Assembly: GCA_963514005.1 (NCBI GenBank) | Contig: OY740811.1 | Location: 12,152,001 to 12,216,000 of the forward strand | DNA from: Raja brachyura | Lineage: Eukaryota | DNA length: 64,000 nucleotides | Direction of reading: 5' to 3' | Shown here: piece after piece, positions 1 to 13,600 of the stretch | How the letters are laid out: each line of letters begins with the position of its first letter | Position numbering within the stretch: position 1 is the stretch's first letter | Notes under the pieces: model-generated | The model's input: only the letters and a program-made list of their open reading frames with translations | What the model was told of the DNA's origin: nothing | Database searches by the model: none | Program-made: the position numbers and the translations under genes

Positions 1-2205
1 GCTATTTCAATGTATTTAAAGAATAATATTCAGATTTATGATGTGGGACCTTGTAAACAATGGCAGTGAGATGAAGCGTAAAATGCCATTTCGGGATAAT
101 GTTGCTTTAACTTTATACTCCTTCAAGATTGTTTCAACAGTACAAAAATTGAAAGTTTTCTCTGAATTATATTCCTATATTTTCTCCAGAAATGATCTCG
201 AATTTTCTGAAGAAATTTTCTTGGTGAATATCCATCTTTCTGAGCTTTTGAAGTTTAATCAAAAATGTCTTGCACAATTTACACCAAAGCTGCTGCAAAG
301 CACACTTGATTTTTACTTCTTTAAATTCCCTATATGAATGTATCATTGATGTAATAACCTTATCTTACTATATTTAAAAGACATATCAATAATTGGTAGT
401 AAATTGCATGGAGTCGTTGTAGTGCATTGATGTCAAAATTTTCCGATAATATCATGACAGGGGAATTAACGTAGGAATGGTTTGTAATTGTCATACAAGC
501 ACACAGATGCTGTTGCCACACTTATCCCATGTTATTTCATGTTTGTGGATACTGATGTCATAATGGATATTGGTTAAGGCAGTTGATAGAGTTGGGTAAT
601 AAGCTTGAGGATCGGCTTTGGAATTGAGGATTTGCAGAAAAATTAGTAATTGTATTGCTGCCTGGAGTAAATTAATGAGGTAGTCATTGCAATAGGAAAA
701 GTTTATTTCGTATCCTGATTAAATGGTTGCCCTTTCGGCACATCTGGGGTTTATTTAAATCGTTCAATAACTTTTTTTTCTTACTTGCTAGATTTTAGCA
801 TATGGATCAGCTATACAGATTTACTTTTACTTCTTTACTATAAAGCCTTTCATTAGAAAGGATTCCATGTACATGCTAAAAAATAATTTTATAATTAAAG
901 CGCTAATGTCCATTTTACAATTGTTCCGTTCTTGCTAGCATAACGTTTATATATTTATCACTAAAATAACATATTGCATAGCTTGTCCTATTTTGCTGTT
1001 TGCAAGTTACATAAACAAGTAATATAAAAAAACTTACACTAAATAAACATTATAGTTGATTCTTGTGTAAATAAAATAACTTTGAATCAAAGCTTAAATA
1101 TGCCTCAAGTCATTATATTTTGAAATAAACTATTTTTGGATTAAACTTGTTATTTTAGGCAATTCAGATTTATAAAGGGCTGTTTTTATACATCCATTAT
1201 CTGTTCAAATAATATTTTGACATTGAATATTTATCAGGATTATATTGTACATTTTGGATATTTAGAAACTTCATTCTTTCAGATGGAGAGCATGGATGCC
1301 TTTATCGCACTTGAGAATGGGTGTTATCTTGAAAATGAATGTACTATATACCAACGTATTGCACTGAATTAGAAGCATTTACTTTAAGTATGTACTTAAA
1401 TATAATGCGTTGTGCAGGGATGGAAGGAGGAATGTAGATGCAATAAACCATTACTTGAGCTAACATTTACTCAATATATTTTGCTGTGTCTTTATAAAAA
1501 GATTTCTGTACACTGATCAACTTGATCCTGGCATTAAGAAAACATTTGAGTAATTGGCTGTGACAGATGCCCAAAGATCTCTCTTGAGTGCAGTCTTTGA
1601 CGGTTACAGAAGGTGTACATATAGCACAGTCCTGGCAGTAGTAACTCCCTTGGGTAATTGGCTTTGATGGATACTGGTTTCTGCATTAATACAGATCTGT
1701 GAGCTTGCGTGAGCTGAATAATGCCATCTAATGCCTTGAGGATTCTTCAGCTATCAATATATTTAGAGCTTGCAGTAGTTTATTTCCTTTTTCTACCTAG
1801 CATCAGATTGTTTTTATGTATCAATTGTCCCCTAACCCCTCTCCCTCAATACTATTTGTGCCTTTATTTTAGATTAATTGAAGCCTCTTGTTTTTGACAT
1901 TGAGAAGAATAAAAAGGGATTTTAGCAGGCATAATGCCCAAATATAACCTTGCCCTCAGCTAATACCTACAGAATTACAGTCCCAGTAGGAATAACGTGA
2001 TAGCTATCAGGAATGGGAAGCCCGGATGATTTCTTTCCCCTTTAATATCTCTTTTTCTGCTTCTCTCACCATCTCTTCCAGTTTTTTGCTTTCTCTCTTT
2101 GTCTTTTTACTTTCTCTCATTTTAACTAAAGAATGCCAAAACTAATTTGAGTTGCCTATCACCAATCAGGTTGACATTAATAAATAACACAAGCACTGAT
2201 TGAGC

Positions 2206-2323
2206 TTGTCTCAACTCGAAACGTCACCTATCTCCTTCGCTCCTTAGATGCGGCTGCACCCGCTGAGTTTCTCCAGCCTTTTGTGTACTCTCGATTCTCC
2301 AGCATCTGCAGTTCCTTCTTCAA
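2206..2323 (+). mobile_element. Short Penelope-like element terminal (pLTR) fragment, 5'-truncated inside the hammerhead motif
   Basis: Body reads cgaaacgtcacctatctccttcgctccttagatg...ccagcatctgcagttccttctt, which matches the sequence following the GIY-YIG frame at 21260-21360. Flanked by a perfect 12-bp direct repeat cactgattgagc (2194-2205 / 2324-2335). Confidence 0.8.
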
Positions 2324-3180
2324 CACTGATTGAGCCATGAGTTTTCATGATTTGCAGCACAGCGATGCAAGCAAGTTGGTTAACAATTGACAATTGGAAT
2401 CGTTTAAAATATACTTTTAAAATTGTCATTGTTCACTAATGTTGAGCCATTCCAGGAATGTTTTTAAGGTGGGATTTCCCTGCAGTATTTTATTAATCTT
2501 ATTCATGAGCATCTTAACTTAAGAACATCACCCCTAGTCGTTTTATTGCCTCTTTTTCTTGCCTTCTGCAATGAGTTCTCTGTTTTCTTATTCATTCTAA
2601 ACTTCTCCCTCCACTTAAACTCTGCTGTGTGAATATTGCTCCAGAGCATTGCCATATGGTGTAGCCTATTTACTCGGACAGCCTTGATCACTTCCTTGAG
2701 GCCATCTCTAATTACTTCCTTGTATCCCGCAACTGCCAGATACCAATCCTGCTTTTGCCCTTCCTGTATTGTCCAACTCTCATCCAAATGATCCCCAAAT
2801 GTCCCCACCTTTGTTTATTCAGGTGCAAATTTTAACCAGTTGTCGAAAATATATACTTTAGTTATCCATCTATGACTCTGGTGGGATCGCATCAAGAATT
2901 TTGGCCGCAGTTTATAATGCCATAATAGTCTCCCCTCTTTCCTCACCTAAAGATAAGTAGGAGATGATCACAGACTATTTTGTCATCTGTCTGTTATCCT
3001 TCACATCCTTCCTCTGCTTTTAAGAGCATAAGAAATTGAAGAGGGGGTAGACCTTTTGGCCTCTTTAGCCTTCTTGCCAAGACATTAAGGCTTCCCAAAT
3101 CCTGGCTGTGAATCCATGGTACTTCCACATTCGGATTTTGGCTAGAGCCAGAACACGGAAACAGTCATAATCAAAATTCG

Positions 3181-3380
3181 ACACGCAGTGCTGGAGTAAC
3201 TCAGCTCTCAGACACGTGATGTTTTGGGTTGGGACCCTTCTTCACTCAGTCTGAAATCCTGATCAGGATCCAAAACATCATCTATCCATACCCTCCGGAA
3301 ATGCTGCCTGGCCTGCAGAGTTACTCCAGCACTTTGTGTCCTTTTTTGTAAACTAGCATCTGTAGTTCTTTGTATCCACA
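3181..3380. mobile_element. Degenerate fold-back pair of Penelope-like terminal fragments
   Basis: Left arm agtgctggagtaactc...gttttgggttgggacccttcttca is in inverse orientation to right arm ccaaaacatca...gagttactccagcact...agcatctgtagttc. Confidence 0.65.
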
Positions 3381-5719
3381 CAAGCAAAGTTACGCTAACA
3401 TGGTGTGCCAAACAGTCTTGCTCCAAAACTTGTTTTATCCATTTTTGTTCAACTGCCATTACCCGATTCAAATTTTAGAGTCCAATTATAGATAAAGTAT
3501 CTGAACAGCAGCAATTATAACATAATTAAAAGATTTTAATGTAGTAAAGCAATGCAAGACACTTCACCAGGCCATAATCAAATATAAATTGACACAAACC
3601 CCTCCATAAGATGATGTTGGGATAGTTAGCTAAAAGCTAGGTCAAAGAATGAGATGTTGAAGAATCTTTGGGAGGTGAGAGAAACAGATTGATAAAGAGT
3701 TAGAAGTAAATATAGGATTTTAGGACCCACGTAACAGCTAAAGACAAAGTCATTAATGTAGGGCGATGAAAATAGAGGCCAAAATTAGACACTGGAGATT
3801 TGATCATGATTGGGCAGGAGGAGGTTTTAGAACTGAGGGAACTGGAGCAGTTGTTATTCTGAGAATCAACCTGAGAGAGCAAGTGAGTGATGGATGAACA
3901 ATAACTTCTATGTACATGGGTTCATTATCGGAAGTTAGAATTTGGGTGACCTTAACCATGCTTTCATTAGATCTGGATTTAGTTGTGTAGAAATTGCCAA
4001 GAGTAACAAAGGTGTGGATGAGGCTTTCAGCAGCTGGTAGCTGAGCTGGGGCAGAGGTCCCATGTGTGCAATTTACCAAATGATTCTTGTAAAGGTAGGA
4101 ATATCTGAACCTCAAACAATAAAACTCAAATTCTTGATTTGTGCCGTGTGTGTTTATCTTGCAGCAGTTTACATTTGCGCCAATACATAAAAAGATATAA
4201 AAGTCCACATAAATTTGGCGTCCTTGGTTTGATGTGCTAAGCTATTTTATTTGCCCTATTGTTAATGCAAGACAGACCACGATTTGAATCTGGAATCTAT
4301 CTCGTCTTAACCAGTTTACCATGTGTGACACTAAAAAGAAGTTATGGTGTGTTTTATAACATTTCAAGTTTTTGGCTTGAAATTAAAATCTTGTTCAAGG
4401 AAGCTTTTTGTTTCTAACATGAGCCAGTTAGTCTTTTTTATGGAGATTTGTTGGGACTTGCATAACTCTCATGGTTGAATAAAACTGATGTGTGATCATG
4501 TTATAACTGCCACACTGGTAGCCCCCATAAGTCATGGTTTGTAATGCTAATAGTTAAATATATTAAAATCTGCTGAAACTCCTGGATATAATGACTAAAG
4601 AAAAGCAGGAACATTTGCCTTGATGGTACTCAATGCTTTCATAATAATGTAAAAGTTGATGAACATTATTACCATCTTTGAATAATTGATGTTCTAATTA
4701 ATCATGACATACAAGTACTGAGTTGTGTACTGAGTTGTTCAGCTCCAAGAGATTGAAAATTCAAGATGTTGTGCAGTTTTTCACTGATACTTATTCACCT
4801 TATGGGTGGTGTCTTGCAAATACATAACGGCAACAAATTATGTAAAAACAGGCCGCTAACTTGAACTAAAGCATCCCTGACCATAGGTGCAAGTAGTTCA
4901 ATGAACTTCACGCGTATCGGGTTTTGTAAACTTGAGATCCTGTACAATGTTACAAAATTGTAAATCAGTCCAGATTGGAAGCCAATGCATTGTGCTCTCC
5001 TACATATCTTTCTATCATCAAAGAAGCATGTAAAATGAAATAATCTGTATGATCTGCTGCTGCATGTAAAAATTACTGGTCTGTGCCAAACAGTTTTTAA
5101 CTAAGGTCGGCACCACCTGTGGATAGTCAGTGAAAGTGTGGCAGCTCAATTTGAATTAGTTGCCCAAATCTTTGGCAAAAATTGAATGAATGTTTTCATA
5201 CATGAACTTTAACTCAACCATTATCAAATTACATTCTACCATAGAAAATGACCTGGAGTGAGAATAGCTCAATCCTAAACCAAAGCCTGGATCAGATGAT
5301 AGGCCAGCTGGCAAAGATCCCTACTAAGGCTGTTTATCTCACTTTGCAAAGCTTGTTGTGTTTGGCTTCTGTGGCGAGTTTCCAGATTTGACTGAAACAT
5401 GTCTTAAGAACACAAGAAATACGCAGCTCAATGACATAATTCACAATGCGTTAGCAGACTAATAGAGCTACTGCCTCACAACGCCGGTGACCTGGGTTCA
5501 ATCTTTGCAAGCTTTGTTTGGAGTTTGCATGTCCTTCTCGTAACCACATGAGTTTTTTCTGGGTTCCTGCCAGGTGTCATGGACGTGCCAGTTGGTAGGT
5601 TAATTGGCCACTGCAAATAGCACCTATCGTGTGGTTGAGTGGGAAAAACTGGGGTAATTGATGGGAATGAGGGAGAATAAAAATTGAATTAGTGTAAATG
5701 CATGCTTGATGGTCTATGG

Positions 5720-6165
5720 CAGGGGTCGGCAACCTATGGCCCCCAGGCCGAATGCGGCCCACAACCCAAAATCACCTGGCCTGCAGGCGGTTTTATTTCC
5801 CCATAATCATCTGGCCCGCTGGGCTCCCGAGCAGCGGCTGGCCAGGCTCTGGCTTTACCACATCCTGTGCAAAGCCGCCGGCACGGCTGCGTACCTTCTG
5901 TGAACATGTTTAAGAAAGAAATGCATATGCTGGAAAAATCGAAGGTAGTCAAAGTGCTGGAGAAACTCAGCAAGGATTGCATGAGGCTGCCTCACCCGCT
6001 GAGTTTCTCCAGCAATTTTGTCTATCTTCTGTGAACACGTGATTTGATGCCTGCCATCCGGGGCAGGATGGGAACGGGACCCATGTGTACACGTGATAGA
6101 TGTGGCCAGCCATCCGCACACAGACGCGTCTCGGTCCATATGCAGAACAAGGTTGACGACCTCTG
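5720..6165. mobile_element. Non-autonomous hAT (Charlie-type) MITE
   Basis: 15-bp TIRs caggggtcggcaacc / ggttgacgacctctg (2 mismatches) and a perfect 8-bp TSD gtctatgg (5712-5719 / 6166-6173). Confidence 0.9.
5907..6025. mobile_element. Fold-back Penelope-like terminal fragment nested in the hAT MITE
   Basis: Inverted arms gctggagaaactcagc / gctgagtttctccagc and a 12-bp TSD cttctgtgaaca (5895-5906 / 6026-6037). Confidence 0.85.
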
Positions 6166-6279
6166 GTCTATGGGGACTTGTTGGGTTGGACGTCCTGTTT
6201 CCAAGCCATTTGACTCCATGAATCTTGGAACGGCAGAGGCCACATGCCTTTTATCTTGTCCACAAAAGCCTGCTCTACC

Positions 6280-6865
6280 ATTCACTAAGATCATGGTTGA
6301 ATTGAAGGTTTGCGCTAACTGTCTTCCTGTGTGATCTCATAATCCCCATATCCCATAGTATATAAAAATATATGTAATTTCAATGACTCAACATCCATTG
6401 GATCATGATGCAGAGAATTTCAAAATTGGACAATAGATCTTTCTTTGTCTTACATGGGTGAATTTTTTTTATGCTCTGCCGCTGGCTCCACACTTCCCCA
6501 CTCAGGGAAATTATGTTCACACGTCAACCATCACAATTAAATAAGCATAAAGAAGATTGCCTTCTATTCATCTAAACAGAAGCCAGTACAGTTCCAGTCT
6601 GCTCAATCTTTACTTATAAGAGAATTCTTTCATCCCAAGAATATACCTTCTGAACTTTTTCTGTACCACCTTTATTGGCAAGTTTATTGTTAAATAAGGA
6701 GATTAAAACTGCTCCAACTACTTCAGCTGTGTTTTTATTAAAACCATGCACATTTGTAGGAAGTCTTCCCTACTAGGAACTGTCTACCTTGCAATAAAGT
6801 CTGATATCCCATTTGCCTTCCTAATTATTTGCTCCACTTGCTTGTATACTTTGTGTTTCTCATAT
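6280..6865 (-). mobile_element. Highly degraded CR1-type LINE 3' fragment
   Basis: Degenerate similarity to the CR1 copies at 46534 and 49238 (ccattcactaagatcatgg; ggagattaaaactgctccaactacttcag; ccatttgccttcctaattatttg). Confidence 0.5.
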
Positions 6866-7541
6866 GTCCGGCATCACATGTTGAGGGGTGAAAGTTAAAC
6901 TGCAAAAGCAAACTTGATTTGAATGTTGTGGAAAAGTTTAAAAAATGTAATGTATATTTTCATATGTGCAACTTTTCTCCAATTACTGCTAGTTGACGAG
7001 CTTTTCTTGGTCCATGTTAAACTTCTTTTTAAAATATGTAAAAGTGCTGATAATTGCCATTGGATTATAGAGCAAAATCTATTTCGAAATAAATAGTTTT
7101 TCTTTTCATTTTTGAATGTGCAGTTCATAGGGTATTTGGTGAAAACCAAAGATGCTTCGTCTTAGTGCATAAAATATTGTATCTGTTCGATTTCAGTGGT
7201 CTAGCCATGGGTTCTAAACCGCTTTATTGTACACTGTTATGATTAACTTGCGTATTTTGTGTGATTTAATGTGTTTTTCTCAGTTTATTCAACAGCCCTT
7301 TATAAATAAATTACACGTTTCAACATTATTTGGCAGTTATATCTAGAGCAGCAACTAAGGACAAGATCAGATGCAGAGGAATCAGTGTGCAATCTCGAAT
7401 TCAATGATCACATCAAGTTAATAATTCAAAGATTATGATTTTTTTCTAATCTAGGTTGCAAAGCAACAATCAAATTTTTGTGAGATATGAGGGTATAATT
7501 GGAGTAAATACATTTATTTTACCAGGCAAAGTTGCAGCATA

Positions 7542-7834
7542 GAGGGTTACACAAAAAGCTGGAGAAACTCAGCGGGTGCAGCAGCATCTAAGGAGCGAAG
7601 GAGATGGGCAACGTTTCGGGTCGAGACCCTTCTTCAGACTCTGATTATTTGCTCCACTTGCTTGTATACTTTGTGTTTCTCATATGTCCGGCATCACATG
7701 TTGAGGGGTGAAGAAGGGTCTCGACCCGAAACGTCGCCTATCTCCTTCGCTCCTTAGATGCTGCTGCACCCGCTGAGTTTCTCCAGCTTTTTGTGTAACC
7801 CTCGATTCTCCAGCATCTGCAGTTCCTTCTTTAA
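7542..7834. mobile_element. Fold-back Penelope-like insertion with a hammerhead motif on each arm and a captured 72-nt local sequence between them
   Basis: Minus arm 7542-7640 and plus arm 7709-7834 are near-perfect inverted repeats. Perfect 15-bp TSD caaagttgcagcata (7527-7541 / 7835-7849). The spacer 7641-7712 is a copy of 6821-6892. Confidence 0.92.
7606..7640 (-). ncRNA. Minimal type-I hammerhead ribozyme motif (Penelope-type), intact core
   Basis: Minus strand reads agt-CTGAAGA-A-GGGTC-TC-GACCC-GAAA-CG-TT-gccc: CUGANGA box, perfect stem II, GAAA box, loopless palindromic stem III and a GUU triplet. Confidence 0.7.
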
Positions 7835-8039
7835 CAAAGTTGCAGCATAATTGTCAGAGCACATTTCCTTTAGTATCTTTGTGTCGCTTTCTAAGGTCGT
7901 GGTAACTAGTATTGTTCGCATTGGTTTTGAATTTATTGCGCCTAAAAAAAAAGTGGGACTCACTTGAACAGACCTTAGAAAACAATATAAAAATGACATC
8001 TGTAATTCATCGAATTGTAAAATAAGGAATAATGCAGAA

Positions 8040-8990
8040 GGAAGCATTCAGCCCATGTCTGAACCAGTCAAAAATGAGTTACCAACCTAATTCCCTCCAG
8101 CATAAAATCCGTAGCCCTTTAAGTAACGGTTGTTGAGTACACATTCGATCTGTTTTTCTTTAAATATGATGATCGCTGACTTTACTACTCATTCAGACCC
8201 TGACCACCTCTAGGTGAAAATATATTTCTTCATCTCCTCTATAATCCTCCTACCAATTAATTTAGATCTGTGCCCCCTGGTTTTTGACATGTGCTCAGGG
8301 AAATAGATCGTATTTATCATAATTTTATATGCTCCATTTAAGTCTCCCTTCAGCCTCCCCTATTCCAAAGAAACCAATCCTAATTCACCCAATCTTTCTT
8401 TATTGCTGCAATCTTCCTTTCCTGGCAGCATTTTTATAAATGCCCTCCATGCTGTTTCAACTGAAACTATATGAATGTGGTGACTGGACTCGTATACCAC
8501 GATTTAACAAATGTAATATTGCATAAGCTCCCAGATCTAATTTCACAGCTACTAAAGAAAAGCATCATGAATGTTTTTTTTAAACTACCTTACTGATCTA
8601 TTGTTATCATTTAAGGATCTGTGAGCACACACTCCAAGGTTACTCTGTGCCATTCAACGTCTTTCTGTTTATTGTTTTTTTTCCACTGTCTATGCACAAC
8701 CTCCCACTTTTCTGGATGAAATCCCACTTGCAATTTTTCTGCCTACCCAATCTCAGTGTTTGTCTCCCTAAAATGTAAAGCTTACTTCCCCACAGAGCCA
8801 ATATATGCAACTTTGCAGACTCCTTTACCAAGTCCCCTATCCCTAAGGCTAAGTAAGTAATGTAAACCACAAAAAGCAAAGAACCAATACTGCACTTTGT
8901 AAAACTTTAATGGCAATAGCTTTCCAGTCATTGCTTTCTTTTTCCTATCACTGAGCCAGTTTTGAATCTCTTTTGCCACCGCTTTCGATC
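8040..8990 (-). mobile_element. Degraded CR1-type LINE fragment
   Basis: Patches typical of CR1 antisense: attcagcccat..., ctcccttcagcctcccctattccaaagaaaccaatcc, tatgcaactttgcagact, cagccagttttgaatc. Confidence 0.5.
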
Positions 8991-11103
8991 CTCTACATCC
9001 TCACCACGCGCCATTTAACACCTTGTCGATAGGCATGCTAAAATCCAGCTAGTTTATTATGCCCATATAATCAGTATCAGAATTGGTTTATTATTGTCAC
9101 ATGTTTCTAGATGCAGTGAAAATAAAAAAATGCCAGAATGCAGAATATAGTGTTGCAATATTATAGCATTACAAGGACAGAAAAGGTGCAGATGAAAGTG
9201 CAAGGGTCACAATGAGATGAGTAGGATCGGGACTACATCCTTACTTTAATCGTTGAGCTGCCAGTATCCACGTACATGTATTATGAAAAATTCAAAGCAG
9301 CTCTGGTTCCAAAACATGCAGAGATCAAGAAAAATTACATGGAAAAGGAAATGTTCACATTTATTCTTGTAAAGATTTGGAGTCTGAGTAAACTGTCCCT
9401 GAGTGTGCACAGTATCCACGGACGATTTCTATTTATTTGCGGATACCTGACACACTGTGCAGTTGTATAATGACAATGTGCTGTTTCTGGCAAGTTGCTG
9501 ATCTTTAATAAAAGGCAAGCGATCAGGGCTGGAAGCAACAGAATAAATATCTTAACTTGTTGAGAGATGTTTGTGATCTTCCTGGCACGCACTCCACTAG
9601 GTTTCATTTCTTGTTAAAATAAAGATTAGCATGGTTGACAACAATATAAATGGTTACTTTGAGAACTTCCTATGTGTTTGACATCCTTTTCTGTTTCTGT
9701 TGAAAATGCTTTTTCAAATTGAGTATCTGAAAAGTCCACATTGCTTACTTAAATTTAATGCCCAATTTAAACAGTATAAAATTACTTGCTTTATATATGT
9801 CCTGGAAAATGATTGATGCCGCTTAAAGCTATCCTTTTGTTTTGTTCCAAATTTAATTTTGCATTCCATGATACTTGAAAAACACCAGACTGCCTCTTCC
9901 CAGAATTAGGTCTCTTTGAAGTTTACTTTTCAGGTTAAACCTGGCTCATTTTTGAGAGGACTTGGAATTTAATTAGGCAAGCTGTGTAATACACAAGATT
10001 TTTGTTTAAGCAAGGCGGACGATTAGTTTTAAATAACAGGTATAAGAGTTAGTGCTTTAGATTTGATATGATTGTCTTTTTGGCTGTATTGTCTTTTTAG
10101 ACCTCGCAGACCAGTACTATTTCTTCTGCAGCTGCAGGAGTGCTGAATGGATCTAATTAGAATGTGACTTGCCAGCATGAATTGACAGGTCATTTTGAAA
10201 TTGTCAGATCGGAGTATACTGACCGTCAATGTCCAGACCGTCAGCTGTCATCATCAAAAACGCCAAAGAAATAGACCAGTCTCCATAAACACTAAAATGG
10301 TATATAACTAAACTGGAATCTAACCTCTATTTATAGGAGGGCTGTAAAGTTCTTGAGCTTTGCTCTTCTGTTTGATGATGTTATATGGACCACTGTTTAG
10401 ATTACAGCCTAGCAATTGTTATTATTATAACCCATCCCGATTCCCATCCTCTGCCACACCACAACTCTATTGCCATCAATTATTTATATTTATAGACTTT
10501 TTTTTGCTGTTGCAGTTGAACGAATATACAGCCAAAGATGATGCTTTTTTGACCCAGTGGAGAAGTGCTTGTTTTCTTCACAAATTGTAAATTGACCATG
10601 GGGTTATCAACGCAGTATGCTTGGGGCAAAAAAACTCAAGTTGTTTGAAGCATTTTTACAGGTTCTTTGAAATAACAGTAATATACCATAATTCCATTCA
10701 CAGCTTTGCAGTAATGTTTGAACCCTTTAACTTGACTTTGCTAGATTTATTTTGTTAGGTTAGAACCACAGAACAATACTTAACGAAGCAGACTGATGTC
10801 AAACCATAGCAATATTATAAATAACTAAATAAATGAATTGTTGTAAAGAATATTTACTTCCAGGACATTAGCGATGGTCTTTTTCCCAGGATCACAATAT
10901 CTTGCAAAAGGTATAGTGAAAATTTGGTATTGGTTTATCATTGTTACATATACCAAGAGAGAGTGAAAATATGTGTTTGTGTGTTATCCAGTCAAATCAT
11001 ATCATGCATGGGTACAGTTAAGTCATGCACAAGTACAATGAGTAGAGAAAAATACCAGAATTGTAGAATTAAGTGCCACCGTTCTAATGTTGCATTGACT
11101 TGG

Positions 11104-11296
11104 AGACATGAGACTGCAGATGCAAAAAAACAAAATGCTGGAGGAACTTAGCAAATCAGGCAGCACATGTGGAAGGTAATGGACAGTTGATGTTTCAGGT
11201 TGGGTCCCGAAAGACCTTAGTCAAAGGTCCCAACCTGAACCGTCAACTGTCTATTTCCATCCAGAGATGCTGCCTGGCCCTCAGAGTTCCTCCAGG
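11104..11296. mobile_element. Old fold-back Penelope-like terminal pair
   Basis: ctggaggaact...acagttgatgtttcaggttggg versus cccaacctgaaccgtcaactgt...gagttcctccag in inverted orientation. Confidence 0.7.
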
Positions 11297-13585
11297 TCTT
11301 CGAGGTTCATTGCCTTTTCTTGGCAGTATAGTAACCCTTTCTCTTTGATCTAATACATTCTCTAATTTCTCTTGATAGCTATTTTTCCTGTATTTTACTT
11401 TAAAATAATCATGTAAACTATGTATTTTATAAATGTTAGCTATTGCTTGTTTGCTGTCATCCTTTTTAATTTAGTTAGCCTGTCTACTCAAGCCAACACG
11501 TGCATCACGTTACCTTTGCTCCAATTTAAGACTTAGATTTCAGATCAAGGCAAATAGCTTTCAGTTTTTACATTAAATAATTTCATTTTATGATTGTTAT
11601 TCTCTGAAGTTTAATTTACGGCACAGCATGCGGTTGATCTTTACTGAGGTTTGGTTTTGTTTCTTCTGAGGCTTGCTTTTGTTCTTGTCAAAGTCTACAG
11701 TAGAGGACACAAAAGTGCTGAGTCCTGAAGAACAAGGTTCAATCTTGTTAGGTATTAAGGCCGAACCATAACCACAGTTAAATGAACTCTTAATTTATAC
11801 TAATTGGACCATGTTAGGAACGATTTGGCATCAAATAGTTTGAGACTTGTTGTTCAATGCAAACATGGTAGATTGGATTAAACTAGAAATTGAGTTAGCA
11901 TTCAGTTTATGATCTCCAAATATATTATAAAATCAAGTTAACGAGCCTCCAGCACATTACATTTTAAACAACATGTGCTCATTGAGGTATGTGCAAATTG
12001 TCAGGTAAACCACCTGGTTCACTAGTTTTCTCTAGTTAAGGAAATCTGTCATCCTTGCCCCTATTTGTCTTTCTATGGACCGGAAGCTCATGCCGGGTTT
12101 AGGTTTATTTTGAAAAGATTTGTTTAGCATGCTATCCACACAGATCAGACAATCAGTTCAAACTCAAGTACAATAGATGGAGCAAAGGGGAAGATGCAGC
12201 ATGCAGAATATAGTTCTCAGCATTGCAGAGCATCAGTTCCTTAGACAAAGTCCAATGTCCTCATTGGCATAGAGGTGAATCAAACAGCACGCTAGCTTAT
12301 GGAAGCCTGATGAAAGAGGGGAAGAAGTCCCCTCCTGAGTCTGGTGGTGCGTGTTTTCAAGCTCTGTACCCTTTACCGGACAGGAGCCACGAGGACTAGA
12401 CTTGTATTTGCCTCAGTTCAGAAGTAAATGGAGATAAATAGTAATTGCAAACCTTGCCAATGAATGAAGATAAAAATGTAGGTACTTTTCCAATTAATAG
12501 TATTGTGGGAACACCCTTAACATAGAGAATATAGAGGTCAAGATGGCCCATTGTCATGGCAAGAGCAACAAGGAATGCATCATATCCCAGAGTCAAAGAG
12601 CAATAAGAATGATCCTTCCTGGTTTGGGGTGATTAGCCCCCCTGAGGCTATATAGTCTATAGAACAAAATGAAATGTTGATGCCAAACAATAGCTTTGAT
12701 CTCCTGAGTTTGAAGGATTAAAAAAAATAAATAAACCAGTTAGAAAAGTGAAGGATTTATATATCGCCAAACATTTCAGCATGTAATGAACACTTCCAAA
12801 TATTGAGAGGCCATTTGGATTGCTGAGTTTAAAAAAAGAAATCCAAATCATAATCCCATTAATCCTAGTGTTTGCAATTTGCCAGCTCGCAGTCATTCAA
12901 CAGAGGAAGGTTTAACGTTACCAGGTTTTAGATGGGATTGAAGTTTCCACTTCATGCACTTGTGCCGATTGTTGAATGTGTATTTTAAAGATCTATGGCT
13001 TTCTTTTGTACTACACTCCCACACCCGAAAGAGGCCTAATTTAGAAACTATTAACAAAAATGTTGGGATATTGAGACTTCCTGTGATCAAAATAAATGTT
13101 TTCTCAGTCAAAGTGCAGCATAAATTGAGGCCTCTGTGATAAGGTAATTATAGTTTCAACACAGCAACACTTCTTACAGAAGATCCTAAACTTCAGCATA
13201 TCTCAGGGAGGATGTACTGCCGATTTGTGTTTCATGGTGGTTTATTTTATAGTAGCAAAATGCCTGTTAAGATTTTGTTTAGACTGCATAATGACTACAT
13301 AAGTATGAACAGTGACTGGATGAGCAAGATTATAAATGACTAAGATTTACCAGCGGCAGCCTGGGGATGAGTTCTTCATTTGTGTCTTGCTGAGAGGACT
13401 GAAATCCTTTGAAGTTTCCAATCATTGCTGGATGATGTGCTGCGAGGGCATTTTTATTGAATTTGGCACTGGGCTTTTAGACTAAATATATAACTGGATT
13501 CATGCTATTATCTCAGAAGTATCTTTGCCCGCAATTAGAGGTTTTGCTCTTTGCTTTAACTTCATGCTGAAACAAATAGTTGTTG

Positions 13586-13600
13586 ACACTAGAGGGCAGC
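13586..13600 (+). promoter_or_regulatory. Candidate CTCF-binding motif
   Basis: acactagagggcagc differs at one position from the common CCACTAGAGGGCAGC core. This is a motif match only. Confidence 0.3.

Larger units (their letters stand above)
5441..6210 (+). mobile_element. tRNA-derived V-domain SINE (HE1-like), interrupted by a hAT MITE at 5720-6165
   Basis: tRNA-like head with B-box ggttcaatc (~5495), V-domain-like tggagtttgcatgtccttctc, and a CR1-like tail (gttgggttggacgtcctgtttcc) that resumes after the hAT insertion. Confidence 0.7.

Noticed and set aside
38-337. 99-aa ORF and other short AT-rich ORFs across the window
   Set aside because: No domain similarity or splice context, and lengths are consistent with chance.
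1271-1372. Acceptor-like ttctttcag|ATGGAG followed by a short frame
   Set aside because: No convincing donor and no recognisable peptide.
5441-5510. tRNA-like sequences (also ~17985-18048, ~36655-36721, ~52783-52845)
   Set aside because: These are SINE heads attached to V domains and LINE tails and do not form a full cloverleaf.
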